Source: Candidatus Bruticola sp.
Lineage (GTDB): Bacteria > Vulcanimicrobiota > Xenobia > Xenobiales > Xenobiaceae
Length of the DNA: 49,620 nucleotides
Assembly: GCA_051874735.1 (NCBI GenBank)
Contig: JBJEGD010000017.1
Span: 1-49,620, forward strand
Reading direction: 5' to 3'
Both the position numbers and the translations under genes were made by a program. The notes beneath the pieces were generated by a model. That model was given only the letters and a program-made list of their open reading frames with translations. It was not told the origin of the DNA and searched no databases. Shown here one piece after another: positions 1 through 10,253 of the stretch; position 1 is the first letter of the stretch; every line of letters begins with the position of its first letter.

Positions 1-53
1 CTTACACGTAATAAAGCGTCTGGTTTAGAAGTTGCTGTTCAAAGTTTTTCAAT

Positions 54-95
54 AAAAAAAGAACGTTCTGTTAGCAAAGCAGAGCGTTTTTTTTT
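54..95. terminator. Intrinsic terminator-like hairpin, possibly bidirectional
   Basis: A-tract, then stem aacgttctgt/gcagagcgtt (with G-U pairs), then a long T-tract. Confidence 0.55.
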
Positions 96-225
96 GTTTT
101 TTTAGAATGGTGGGGGGGTAAAAAATTGTATATACAACTTTTTAGAATACATACATTTAATAAACTCAACAAAAAAGAGCCCTGCCTTATATGAAAACAA
201 CAGAGCTCTCTTTTTCAACTAACTA

Positions 226-2337
226 TTACCAGATTTTGTTTCGTTTATCTACAGGGCGACACATAGGTGAACCTTCGGGAACATCAAAAGCTTGGAAGAA
301 AACTTCCATATTAGACAAAGGACCATTGACGCGCCATTTTGCCGGCGGATGAGGATCCGTATTAATCTGCAGTTTTTCCATTTCAGGACTCATGTTAATA
401 GCCCAAATTTTAGCATAGTTCAGGAAGAAACGCTGAGCTGGAGTGTAACCATCAATAACTTGACCTTCACTCCCATTGAGCGATTTTTGATAAGCTCCCC
501 AAGCTAAGGCCAAACCGCTTAAATCGGCGATTGATTCACCTAAAACCAACTTGCCGTTCAAATTTTGTCCCTGAACCACATAGGAAGAAAACTGATCTTC
601 GACGCCTTTAGTTAGTTTATCGAATTTCACTTTATCTTCAGCAGTCCACCAATTGCGCAAGTTTCCCTGGCCATCATATTGAGCACCCTGATCATCAAAA
701 CCATGACTGATTTCATGACCTATAACCATACCGATGCCGCCATAATTAGTTGCATCGTCAGCTTTAGGATCGAAGAAAGGCGGCTGAAGTATACCAGCAG
801 GAAATACTATTTCATTATCACACGGAGAATAGTAAGCATTAACTTCCTGAGGAGCCATATACCAATCGTTAGGATCGACAGGTTTGCCAATCTTTGCCAA
901 AGTGCGCTGCTTCTCAAAACGGGAAGCATTGCGCATATTATCGTAATATGAATCGGTAATTTCTAACTTAGAATAATCGCGCGGTTTATCAGGATAACCA
1001 ATTTTAGCTTTAAAGGCATGAAGCTTTTTTAAAGCTTCATGCTTAGTTGTATCGCTCATCCAATCTAAGGTAGGAATATCATCAGCCATATAAGCCGTAA
1101 TATTTTTCACCATATTTTGGACTTTCTGCTTAGATTCAGGAGAAAAAGCTTTTTTAACATAAAGCTGTCCCAAACCATGACCCATAAGATTGTCGACTAC
1201 ACCAGTAACCCTTTTCCATTGCGGTTTCATAACTTTAATTCCGCGCAAAGTTTTACTATAAAAATTGAAAGAACACTCTTCAAAATCTTTAGTAAGGAAA
1301 GGAGCGCCCGATACAATAATACGCCAAGCTAAATAATCTTTATGCTTATCGAAAAGTGACTTATCTGACAATAAGTTGCCAACCGCCTGCATGAACTCAG
1401 GACCAGTAACATTGATCTCCTTGGGAGTATCTATACCAATAATTTTGTAATAGCTATTCCATTCAAATGAAGGAGTAAGCTGGCTAAGCTCGTTCTGGCT
1501 CATTAAATGATACATTTTTTGCGGATCACGCATTTCTGCTGCTGGCAAAGATGCTTTGGCCAAACGAGTTTCAATATCCATAACATTGCGGGAAGCTTTT
1601 TGAGCTTCACGAGCAGAATAGCCAGCCAGTCTGAACATATTATCAATGAAACTGACATATTGAGCCCGCAATTTTTTCGAATTGTCATCTGTACGAATGT
1701 AATAATCGCGTTCAGGCAATCCTAAGCCGGCTTGCCATATAGTAGCGATAATTTTACTGCTATTCTTATCATCTTGGGCTGAATCTAAACTAAAATACGG
1801 ATTTAATCCCCGACTGTGCTGATAAGCTATCATATTAAACAAAGCGGTTCGGTCAGCAATAGATTCAATATCTTTAAGTTCACTTTTTAAAGGAGCGATA
1901 CCAACTTTTTCCCGCTTATTCTGATCCATACCGCTTTGGTACAGCTTACCTAATTTTTTCTCTAAATCAGTTTTAGGATCGGCAGCTGCTTGTTCTAAAA
2001 TTTCGTGAAGTAATTGGTAATTATTGTCAGCTAAAATCGTAAAAGTACCCCAGCGTGCCTGATCACCGGGAATAGGATTAGCTTTTTTCCAACCGCCGAT
2101 AGCGTACTCGTAGAAGTTATCGCTAGGCTTGACACTTAAATCAAAATCTTCTTTCACTATTCCACTCGAAACTTGTTCAGATTTAACCGCACAGCAACAT
2201 TGATCCGTTTGCTTCGCACAATCTTTTTTGCAGCAACAATTATTATAATCGGTTTCAGAATAAGCAGGCTGTACAGCTGCAGCCGCTAAAACTAGACCAA
2301 ATACAGCAGCTGCTTTCTTCAATTTATTTATATTCAT
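226..2337 (-). CDS. M13 family (neprilysin/PepO-like) zinc metallopeptidase, secreted
   Basis: VNAYY, GHEISHGFDD (HExxH), GESIADLSG and DPHPP..RVNG motifs; signal peptide; GGAGGA RBS. Confidence 0.95.
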   Translation of the reverse strand: MNINKLKKAAAVFGLVLAAAAVQPAYSETDYNNCCCKKDCAKQTDQCCCAVKSEQVSSGIVKEDFDLSVKPSDNFYEYAIGGWKKANPIPGDQARWGTFTILADNNYQLLHEILEQAAADPKTDLEKKLGKLYQSGMDQNKREKVGIAPLKSELKDIESIADRTALFNMIAYQHSRGLNPYFSLDSAQDDKNSSKIIATIWQAGLGLPERDYYIRTDDNSKKLRAQYVSFIDNMFRLAGYSAREAQKASRNVMDIETRLAKASLPAAEMRDPQKMYHLMSQNELSQLTPSFEWNSYYKIIGIDTPKEINVTGPEFMQAVGNLLSDKSLFDKHKDYLAWRIIVSGAPFLTKDFEECSFNFYSKTLRGIKVMKPQWKRVTGVVDNLMGHGLGQLYVKKAFSPESKQKVQNMVKNITAYMADDIPTLDWMSDTTKHEALKKLHAFKAKIGYPDKPRDYSKLEITDSYYDNMRNASRFEKQRTLAKIGKPVDPNDWYMAPQEVNAYYSPCDNEIVFPAGILQPPFFDPKADDATNYGGIGMVIGHEISHGFDDQGAQYDGQGNLRNWWTAEDKVKFDKLTKGVEDQFSSYVVQGQNLNGKLVLGESIADLSGLALAWGAYQKSLNGSEGQVIDGYTPAQRFFLNYAKIWAINMSPEMEKLQINTDPHPPAKWRVNGPLSNMEVFFQAFDVPEGSPMCRPVDKRNKIW

Positions 2338-2689
2338 TATTCCTCCGGGAACAGTTGTGTAGCCTTAATTTAGTCCGTCAGTCGGCAGAACAGCGGACTT
2401 ATCTTACAAAAACTACCTTTTATTTATTGTCTGAGCGGTCGCTTTCCTGGCTTAATAAAAAATTATTCAGACTTTCAAACAGCCGCTGCAGCCATATTAT
2501 TTCCAACTATTTTGCTCTAGTTATATAAAACGTAGAAGAGATATTTACGTTTGAATATCATTTTTATTTAAAAGTTGCATCATTCTAAAACAAAAAAGCT
2601 TTAATCACTAAATTTTGCTAAATATAACTGAATAAAAGAGCAGAAGTATCTTTTAAATGTTAGGGTATACTGCTTGACCAATAAAAAAT

Positions 2690-2732
2690 AAGCGGCAATA
2701 GTTGTGGGCTACAAATAACTACTGCCGCTTTA
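2690..2732 (-). terminator. Hairpin terminator downstream of 2849..3166
   Basis: aagcggca...tgccgctt inverted repeat with a T-rich run following on the minus strand. Confidence 0.5.
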
Positions 2733-2848
2733 TAAATATATCTTCAGTAAAATTCCCTATTCAATAAACCGCAAAGTATAATCGGCGTTTAATTATCTTT
2801 AAATTTTAGAAAGACAAACGCTTTATTTTCCTTTGTAAATTAAATAGA

Positions 2849-3166
2849 TTACCGCTTTTTATTTTCAATATCGCCAGGACGTTTGCCATCTTGCTTGGGA
2901 GCAAATTTGCCATCTTGTTTAGGATTTAAATTTTTGCCGTTAGGACAATTGGGAGAATTTTTCTTATCTTGGCACTGGCAATCTTTTTGGCGATCTTTAT
3001 CGGAACACCTATAATCCTGTTTAGATTTATTATCACACTGGCAAATCTTATTCTTAGGTTTAGGATTTTTATCTGCTTCTTTATCGCCAGCCCAAACATT
3101 TGACGTATTTGCAAAGACCGCAACAGTCAAAAGCATTACAGCGGTGAAATTTTTCCAACTAGTCAT
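2849..3166 (-). CDS. Small secreted Lys/Cys-rich hypothetical protein
   Basis: Signal peptide ending VWA; AAGGAGAGG RBS; CQC twice and PKQDGK twice. Confidence 0.7.
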   Translation of the reverse strand: MTSWKNFTAVMLLTVAVFANTSNVWAGDKEADKNPKPKNKICQCDNKSKQDYRCSDKDRQKDCQCQDKKNSPNCPNGKNLNPKQDGKFAPKQDGKRPGDIENKKR

Positions 3167-3471
3167 TTTTACCTCTCCTTAGTAGTAAACTGTAAGTCTT
3201 CTAAAGAAATAGATGCAGACAAAGAAAACAAAAGTTCAAAGTATCCATTTCTTTTTTTCAACGCCGAATATCTTTCAACACCTAACGATACATGCCGCTG
3301 CATTTGTACACGACAGATAATCTTCACAAATAACTGTCAGAGTTCTCTATACATTAAGTTAGTTAAAAGAGCAAACTAGCATGCAGAGAGCTGGCGTTAT
3401 GCTAAAAAAATAGGGCGTTTGCGAGTATTAAACAACAACCATGGAAAAAAATCTCTGAAAAACAGCAAATT

Positions 3472-4242
3472 TTATCGTACTTTAATTTCCGACAGTTCTT
3501 TAAACTTTACATAAAGATGTTTAAATAAACCACCTATATAACCTATTTCCCAATCTTCTAACTGAGCTCGATCTAGAATATCGCTAAGTTTGGCAATTTC
3601 TTCCAGTTTGCTGGCTCCACGCTGAGGGGGATAACCCATTTCTGCTAAGTATCCTCCCACAGCCTTCATTAACTTTAGTCTCTTATCAGCATCTGCTAAT
3701 TTCTTTTGCTGCGTACCGGGTACACTGTGGGAACGTCCAAACAGTTCGTAAAGAGCTAAAGAAACGGAATGAGACAAATTTAAAGAGCCTTCACTAGGAA
3801 TAGTAACCAGACGATGGCACCCCTCAAGCTCCTCATTAGATAATCCTGATTCTTCATTGCCAAAAACTAAAGCTACTTTGCCAGGTTGAACATGAGCGTC
3901 GAGTTCAGTTTTTAAATCTGGCAAAGATAAAAGTTTGTGCCTTTTTTTTCCGTAACGGCGGGTAAATCCAAACGCAAAATTCACCTCAGCTAAAGCTTCT
4001 TCTAAAGTCTTTACCTGCTGAGCTGCATTTAAAACTCCGAGGCCATGGCAGGACCAATTTTGAGCTGTGATTCCAGGTTGTTTACGAGGGGAAACTAAAA
4101 TGAGTTTATCTAAACCAAAGCAGGTCATAGAACGGGCTACAGCTCCCATATTAGCTTCGCCTTCTGGACTGCACAAAACTACTACTGTATTTTTTGCTTC
4201 TAACATTTTTATAAATAAAACCAGAGCGGAAACTAAGGCCAA
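3472..4242 (-). CDS. SPOUT RNA methyltransferase, TrmJ/LasT (TrmH) family; real start may be ATG 4206
   Basis: NMGAVAR, VFGNEESGLSNEEL and SLNLSHSV motifs. Confidence 0.88.
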   Translation of the reverse strand: MALVSALVLFIKMLEAKNTVVVLCSPEGEANMGAVARSMTCFGLDKLILVSPRKQPGITAQNWSCHGLGVLNAAQQVKTLEEALAEVNFAFGFTRRYGKKRHKLLSLPDLKTELDAHVQPGKVALVFGNEESGLSNEELEGCHRLVTIPSEGSLNLSHSVSLALYELFGRSHSVPGTQQKKLADADKRLKLMKAVGGYLAEMGYPPQRGASKLEEIAKLSDILDRAQLEDWEIGYIGGLFKHLYVKFKELSEIKVR

Positions 4243-4386
4243 CTACAAGATAGCCCAAACATCCGCTTAAAATATTTCGTCCATTTTTTTAGCAGACGAA
4301 TAAGGAAAACCTGCTTAAAGCAGTTCTAAAGAAAAAACTATCTTAATAGCAGGCTAGAGCCTTTCATTATAGAACAAGGGGCGGCT

Positions 4387-5493
4387 ATGAATAAAAAAAT
4401 TAACGTTTTAGTAATTTTTGGCGGAAAATCGGCAGAGCACGAAATAAGCGTAATGTCTGCTCGATCTGTGGCTTCTGCTTTATCTCCTGCTCTTTACAAT
4501 GTTTTTTTAGCGGGTATTTCCCGTAAAGGTCGCTGGATTATTGGTAATCAAGCCAAACAAGCTCTAGAAAAAGGTACAGTAGAAGACAACGAAGAGGGAG
4601 AAGCGATCATTCGTCCCGGTTATCAAGGGCAATCAGTTTTTGAATATAAAAATATTTCCCATGATTTGCTTAATTTAAATATTGATGTAATTTTCCCAGT
4701 ACTGCACGGTACATTTGGCGAAGATGGCACTATCCAAGGACTTTTAGAAATGGCTGATATACCTTATGTCGGCGACGGAGTGCTGGCCTCAGCTATCGGC
4801 ATGGATAAATCTATAATAAAAGACGTCTGGGCCCATAATGGTCTGCCAGTTCTGCCCAGTATTACTTTGCTTCGTTCTGCTATTGAAGCAGATATAGATA
4901 GTTGCATAGAAAAGGCTTTGAAGAAACCTGAACTGCCTTGTTTTGTCAAGCCGGCCAATACTGGTTCCAGTGTAGGCATAAGTAAAGCAGAGACTAAAGA
5001 AGAGCTGCGCCAAGCTTTGCTTACAGCGATAAAATTTGATCGTAAAGTATTGGTAGAAGCTGCCTGTCAATCTCCGCGTGAAATTGAAATAGGTGTTATC
5101 GGCAACGATATTCCGGAATGTTCCGTACCAGGAGAAATTACCTATACTAGTAAGTTTTACGACTATAGCACCAAATATCACAATGATGGTGCTCCGAAAC
5201 TCTTAATTCCTGCTCCTTTGCCGAGTGAGAAAATTATAGAAATTAAGAATCTAGCCTGTAAAGCTTGGACAGCCGCCGATCTTAACGGCTTAGCTCGTGT
5301 CGATTTCCTTATGGATCCCAAGGGAAATATTTGGTTAAATGAGGTGAACACTCTTCCTGGGTTTACGCAGTTCTCTATGTTTAGCAAGTTATGGGAGGCT
5401 TCCGGAGTTCCTTACGGCGAACTTTTAAACCGTTTGATCAATTTAGCTGTAGCTCGCTATAAAGATAGACAAAAGACATTATTTAACCCCTAG
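4387..5493 (+). CDS. ddl: D-alanine--D-alanine ligase
   Basis: FGGKSAEHEIS, PVLHGTFGEDGTIQG, VKPANTGSSVG, FYDY..KY, NEVNTLPGFT. Confidence 0.97.
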   Translation: MNKKINVLVIFGGKSAEHEISVMSARSVASALSPALYNVFLAGISRKGRWIIGNQAKQALEKGTVEDNEEGEAIIRPGYQGQSVFEYKNISHDLLNLNIDVIFPVLHGTFGEDGTIQGLLEMADIPYVGDGVLASAIGMDKSIIKDVWAHNGLPVLPSITLLRSAIEADIDSCIEKALKKPELPCFVKPANTGSSVGISKAETKEELRQALLTAIKFDRKVLVEAACQSPREIEIGVIGNDIPECSVPGEITYTSKFYDYSTKYHNDGAPKLLIPAPLPSEKIIEIKNLACKAWTAADLNGLARVDFLMDPKGNIWLNEVNTLPGFTQFSMFSKLWEASGVPYGELLNRLINLAVARYKDRQKTLFNP

Positions 5494-5539
5494 AACGTTC
5501 CTCTTATCTTTATTTTTCTTGAAGGTTTCGTATATTGTG

Positions 5540-5582
5540 AAAAACATGGAACAGTCTAACTATTGACTGTCCATGTTTTTTT
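5540..5582. terminator. Bidirectional intrinsic terminator between convergent genes
   Basis: aaaaacatgg-a-acagtc loop gactgt-ccatgttttt. Confidence 0.75.
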
Positions 5583-5619
5583 ATAGGCTATATTGCGGTT
5601 AACAAATGATAAATTAAGA

Positions 5620-6744
5620 CTAGAGCGATTCTTTTTCTGCCACTGCAAAGCTATACAGACATAGCCCTAATAGAGACCACACTAGCTTGCCAATATGATT
5701 TAAAGCTGAAAGAGCAAGAATTTCTTCGTTATTTAAGCTAAAGCAAGGCCAAAGTATAATAGCTGCAGTCTCCTGTGTACCCAAGCCATTTATCGAAATA
5801 GGTAAACAAGATAAAAGACTAAAGAGAGGCACAGTACTGAAAAAAACACTGAAACTAATTTTTAATCCCAAAGATTCTGCTAAAAATATATAAGCTACAG
5901 CTTCACATATTGAAGTAAATATATTAATAATTACCGCACAGTAGATACTTTTTGTTAGTGATGTTTTATGCTTATTAATATAGTCAATATTATGATAAAT
6001 ATTTTCTGTTTCTATCCCTAATTTTTCGATAAAATAATATATTTTATTTCTTATATGTTGATAAACATATGTGTAAATTTTATGATCTTTAGTTCTCTTT
6101 TTATTATCATAATTAAAAACTGATAAGGCTTGAAATAACAAACGTTGGGCTATTACCACAGCTGCAGTAATTAAAACCGCAACGACAGCAAAAAATATCA
6201 AAGCACAGATAAAAAGATTTGACCTCGTTAGTAAAATTAATTTAGTTGGCAGATATTCTAACAGCTTAAGAAAGACAGGATTGGAGCTAAGTACACTGGG
6301 GCCGACACATACAAAACTTAAAGCTATTGTCAAGGCTAAAGCGCAAGCGGAAGCCCAAATTTCTAATATAACCGTCAGAACTGCGCTGACTAAAGGAATT
6401 TTTTGCTGTTTAGCGCTGCTTATTCTGTATAGCTCTCCTACAATTCCACCGGGAATAAGATTATTGAAAGCGTAGGAAATTAAGGTTATTTTACATGATA
6501 GTAGCAAACTTAGGTGTAATCCTAGTCCTTGAATGAGGACTTTCCAAGAAAGAGCACCAGTAAAAACTACGCCCCCCAAAATCAGCCAACCAATAGCTAA
6601 ACTGCCCAGACGGCAGGAAAGACAAATCTGCTGCAGCTCTTTAATATTTATATTTAAACAGCTGACAAGCAGTCCTATCAAGACTGCTGCAGTCAAAAGA
6701 CGAAAAAACGGAGAAAATAAAAATAGCTTTAATTTAGCCGGCAT
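5620..6744 (-). CDS. Lysylphosphatidylglycerol-synthase TM domain (UPF0104, flippase-like) membrane protein
   Basis: Many TM segments; FNNLIPGGIVGELYR and LPISINGLGTQE signature motifs. Confidence 0.85.
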   Translation of the reverse strand: MPAKLKLFLFSPFFRLLTAAVLIGLLVSCLNINIKELQQICLSCRLGSLAIGWLILGGVVFTGALSWKVLIQGLGLHLSLLLSCKITLISYAFNNLIPGGIVGELYRISSAKQQKIPLVSAVLTVILEIWASACALALTIALSFVCVGPSVLSSNPVFLKLLEYLPTKLILLTRSNLFICALIFFAVVAVLITAAVVIAQRLLFQALSVFNYDNKKRTKDHKIYTYVYQHIRNKIYYFIEKLGIETENIYHNIDYINKHKTSLTKSIYCAVIINIFTSICEAVAYIFLAESLGLKISFSVFFSTVPLFSLLSCLPISINGLGTQETAAIILWPCFSLNNEEILALSALNHIGKLVWSLLGLCLYSFAVAEKESL

Positions 6745-6765
6745 ATTGATAACATCAGCTTATCG

Positions 6766-7812
6766 TTAAATGTCAGGCTCCACGCCGATTTTTATATTCT
6801 CTCCATTTAATAATTCTTTGATAATTTCATCATATTTAGATAATGGCATTTTTTTCGTAATAATAGGGGAAATGTCTATACTTTTGTTGGATAAAAGATC
6901 ATAAGTTTTTTTCACATATTGTGGTGTAAAGTGAAAGGCACCTTTTACGGTTATGTTACGCTTAACAATGTCTGATAAGGGAAGCGCAAATTCAGTACCT
7001 CCGGCGCATCCGCCAAAAAGCATCACTTGGGAGTTATTATCGGCTAAAGCCAAGCTCTGCTCCCAAACTTTAGTTTGGCCAGTACATTCAATGATAATGT
7101 CACATCTGCCGCCGGGAAAAACTTCTTTGATTGCGTTTTTTAAATTAGCTGCTGGCTGCTGACTCTCATCGATGACACAATCTGCTCCTAGCTTTTCAGC
7201 ACATTGAAGCCGCAGGGAGCGTCTACCTAGAACCGCTACATACTTTGCTCCCAGTAATTTCATAACTGGAATATACATTAAACCGATAGGGCCTGCTCCT
7301 ATAATGAGTACTCGGCTTTGTCCAGGTTTAACTTCTATGAAAGATGAGCCATAAATTACGCAGGAGAGCGGTTCAAGAGCGGCAGCAGCAAAATAATCCA
7401 AATGTTCAGGTTTATGGAAAAGATTAACGGCTGCAATATGGGCAGGCAGTTTTATATACTGGGCATAGCCGCCGTGTACCATTGTTTCCATAGTATAAGC
7501 GCACAAATTTCCTAAATTGCGTCTGCAATAATAACAGCGTCCACAAGGGGCGGTTGGAGCTAACATAACCGCATCTCCAAGGCGGAAATCTTTCACACCT
7601 CCTGAGCCTATTTCAACTATATCGCCGGAAAATTCATGGCCGAAGGGCATGGGCAATTTAAATTTGGGATGGCCGCGTCGGAAAGTTTTTAAATCGGTTC
7701 CACAAGTCAAAGCTGCGCGTATTTTCAAGACCACTTCTCCTGGTCCAGCTGAGGGAATGGGCACCTCTTTTAATTCTGCTCTTCCTGGTTCTAAAAGCTG
7801 CAGTTGACGCAT
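6766..7812 (-). CDS. Zinc-dependent medium-chain alcohol dehydrogenase
   Basis: TCGTD, GHEFSG, structural Zn site CGRCYYC.......C, GAGPIG Rossmann motif. Confidence 0.93.
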   Translation of the reverse strand: MRQLQLLEPGRAELKEVPIPSAGPGEVVLKIRAALTCGTDLKTFRRGHPKFKLPMPFGHEFSGDIVEIGSGGVKDFRLGDAVMLAPTAPCGRCYYCRRNLGNLCAYTMETMVHGGYAQYIKLPAHIAAVNLFHKPEHLDYFAAAALEPLSCVIYGSSFIEVKPGQSRVLIIGAGPIGLMYIPVMKLLGAKYVAVLGRRSLRLQCAEKLGADCVIDESQQPAANLKNAIKEVFPGGRCDIIIECTGQTKVWEQSLALADNNSQVMLFGGCAGGTEFALPLSDIVKRNITVKGAFHFTPQYVKKTYDLLSNKSIDISPIITKKMPLSKYDEIIKELLNGENIKIGVEPDI

Positions 7813-8019
7813 ATAGTTACAAGCCTGCCGTTCTGTAAAATGTGCTTGCCCTGTTTGCTTGCCTGTTAGCTTTTTCCTTTACTGAGGATAGATATGAGGC
7901 TTAAACCTAATTAGGTTCGCTAAAATAAAAATAAAGCTAAGTAATAATACTTGAGATTGATACTTATTAAAGCTGATAAATGAAAAGGCAAATATAAACA
8001 CAGTAGCGAAGGTTGACAA

Positions 8020-10080
8020 GTGTTTGTACGTAGCTTATCTATTGAAAATTTTCGTTCCATCAAGAAAGTAGACATCTCTTTTCAGAGTCGCGTTACCGTT
8101 CTCATTGGCGAGAACGGCTGCGGAAAGTCTAGTATTCTCAATGCCTTGGAGGCTGTTTTAGGTCGCAATGTCCCTAAAGATGGGTTCGATATAAGTGCTT
8201 CCGATTTTCATCGCAATCAAGAGACTTTTTTTTACCAGAGTAAACCTTCTAAACTTGAAGATTTACAGACTAAGAATATACGCATTGTTATAGGTTTCGG
8301 CGGTAGTTTCTCTAGCAATCATACTAGGCCGTTAGCGGCTTCCCAAATTGCAGACAGCTTTGAGGATGTTGATAATGTAGACAGAATCATGAGAGCTGAT
8401 GAAGCTAGTGAATTATATCGCCGACAGCAGAACGATCAACATAAGTCTGCCGAACCTGAAATTTTTTCTGCTGTGCAGGAAGAAAAAGCCCTGTTTTCTT
8501 ACAGCAGTTTGCAGAAGTTTAAAAAAGATGCTTTCATGACCGATCTACTACTACGCGGTGGACGGATAGCAAAGGTTTTAAATTTTTACTTGTGTGTAGA
8601 AGCGGTACGGGAGGGCAGTAAGGTTTTTACTAGTTATCATTTTGAAGATGCTTCTCACAATAAAATAGAACTGGATAATCCTCTCGATTATTTAAAAACT
8701 TTAAAGACCGTCTGTCCTTTTCTGCGTATTCGTCCGGGAGCTCTGTTACCTCCCATTCGCAGTGGCCAGGAGCAGCGGCCTGCCCAAGATAAGGTAGATT
8801 CACTTTTTAGTCAGGCTTATTCTGAACTTACTGAAAATGCTGAATGTTCAGCTCAGGAATTTATTGCTGCTCATCGCGATGAACTGGAAAAAAATCTAGA
8901 CGATTTAGAAAAAATTTTAGTCCATAATGCTGACGACGAAACTGAACGCATCGATTCAGCGGTTGATGAAGCTGGGGATATTTCTGAAGATGAAGATAGG
9001 AGCGGTAGTTCCGACCGTTATACGCGGATTCTTTCTGCACAAAGAAGAGATGGTCAAATTATAAAAGAGAGGCTGCAGGCGCCTCTATCTACGCTTAATC
9101 CGCTTTTAGAGGGCGGCAGTGGAGAAAATGATGATTACGAGCGTTTTAGTGCTTTGCTACGGGGCACGGGCGCACGCAGTTTAGCTATGTTAGCGTTTGC
9201 TGACTCTTTCTTTAAAGCTCAGGCTCAAGGATTCGATGAAGCTAATCAAGGTAGCGGCGACTATTATCCACTTCTTTCCGTAGAAGATCCGGAAGCTTAT
9301 TTACATCCGCTTATGTTGACTTCAGTGTGGAGTTTAATCGATCGCATGTCTCCGCAAAGGCTGCTTTCTACTAACAACTCCGATTTGCTTTCAGCTGTGC
9401 CTTTAACTTCTATCCGCCGTATGGTGCGTTCTACAGAAGGCATCGCTAATATTTACAAAGTTAACTCGAACCACGTTCATATAAATGATCTACGACGCAT
9501 AGCTTATCATTTGCGCATTCGTAGAGGAGCTGCCCTTTTTATGCGCTTTTGGCTTTTAGTGGAAGGCGAGACTGAGTGTTGGCTGCTGCCTGAAATCGCC
9601 AGAGTTTTAGGCTTCGATCTTTGGAGTGAAGGTATTGAACTGGTAGAGTTTGCTCAATGTGGTTTAGGACCTTTGGCCAATTTAGCCAATGAATTGGGAA
9701 TTAGTTGGCATCTTCTAGCCGACGGTGATAAAGCTGGTCATACCTACGGTAAAATGGCTCGTCCCTATGCTGAAGCGGCTAATTTAGGCAAAATTACCGT
9801 TTTAAAAGAAGTTGATATAGAAAACTGCTTCTGGGAAAGCGAATATAATTACAAGGATGTTTTCCGTAAAATTGCCGGCCCGGCTCCCCAAGGAACTAAA
9901 AAAGGTGAAAAATCCAAAGATTTAATAAAAAGAGCCATACGTGTGGCTTCTAAGCCTGGTTTAGCTTTAGCTTTAGGCAAAGCTATGCAGGATAAGGGTC
10001 CGGAGATGGTGCCCGATCAGCTGCGTATGATGATCTACGATGCAGTAGGCACCGCTCGCAGACAAGGACGTCGTTTCTGA
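8020..10080 (+). CDS. OLD-family ATP-dependent endonuclease (YbjD-like; ABC ATPase plus TOPRIM)
   Basis: Walker A GENGCGKS, Walker B-like VEDPEAYLHP, TOPRIM LLVEGETE and DGD. Confidence 0.9.
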   Translation: MFVRSLSIENFRSIKKVDISFQSRVTVLIGENGCGKSSILNALEAVLGRNVPKDGFDISASDFHRNQETFFYQSKPSKLEDLQTKNIRIVIGFGGSFSSNHTRPLAASQIADSFEDVDNVDRIMRADEASELYRRQQNDQHKSAEPEIFSAVQEEKALFSYSSLQKFKKDAFMTDLLLRGGRIAKVLNFYLCVEAVREGSKVFTSYHFEDASHNKIELDNPLDYLKTLKTVCPFLRIRPGALLPPIRSGQEQRPAQDKVDSLFSQAYSELTENAECSAQEFIAAHRDELEKNLDDLEKILVHNADDETERIDSAVDEAGDISEDEDRSGSSDRYTRILSAQRRDGQIIKERLQAPLSTLNPLLEGGSGENDDYERFSALLRGTGARSLAMLAFADSFFKAQAQGFDEANQGSGDYYPLLSVEDPEAYLHPLMLTSVWSLIDRMSPQRLLSTNNSDLLSAVPLTSIRRMVRSTEGIANIYKVNSNHVHINDLRRIAYHLRIRRGAALFMRFWLLVEGETECWLLPEIARVLGFDLWSEGIELVEFAQCGLGPLANLANELGISWHLLADGDKAGHTYGKMARPYAEAANLGKITVLKEVDIENCFWESEYNYKDVFRKIAGPAPQGTKKGEKSKDLIKRAIRVASKPGLALALGKAMQDKGPEMVPDQLRMMIYDAVGTARRQGRRF

Positions 10081-10253
10081 AAATATTGAAGTTGCTTAGT
10101 TCCTTTAATATCAATTTTTAGAGGAGTTAAGCTTCTTATGTAACACAATCTTTCTGCTCTAGACAGATTGTCCTTAGCGGTGTTTTTCCTGTTTTTTAGG
10201 TTTTAAGCTGGATTTTCTGTTTTTATCGCTTTTATTTTCAGAGGTTTATTCCG

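Noticed and set aside
8020-10080. Gabija system
   Set aside because: No adjacent UvrD-like GajB gene
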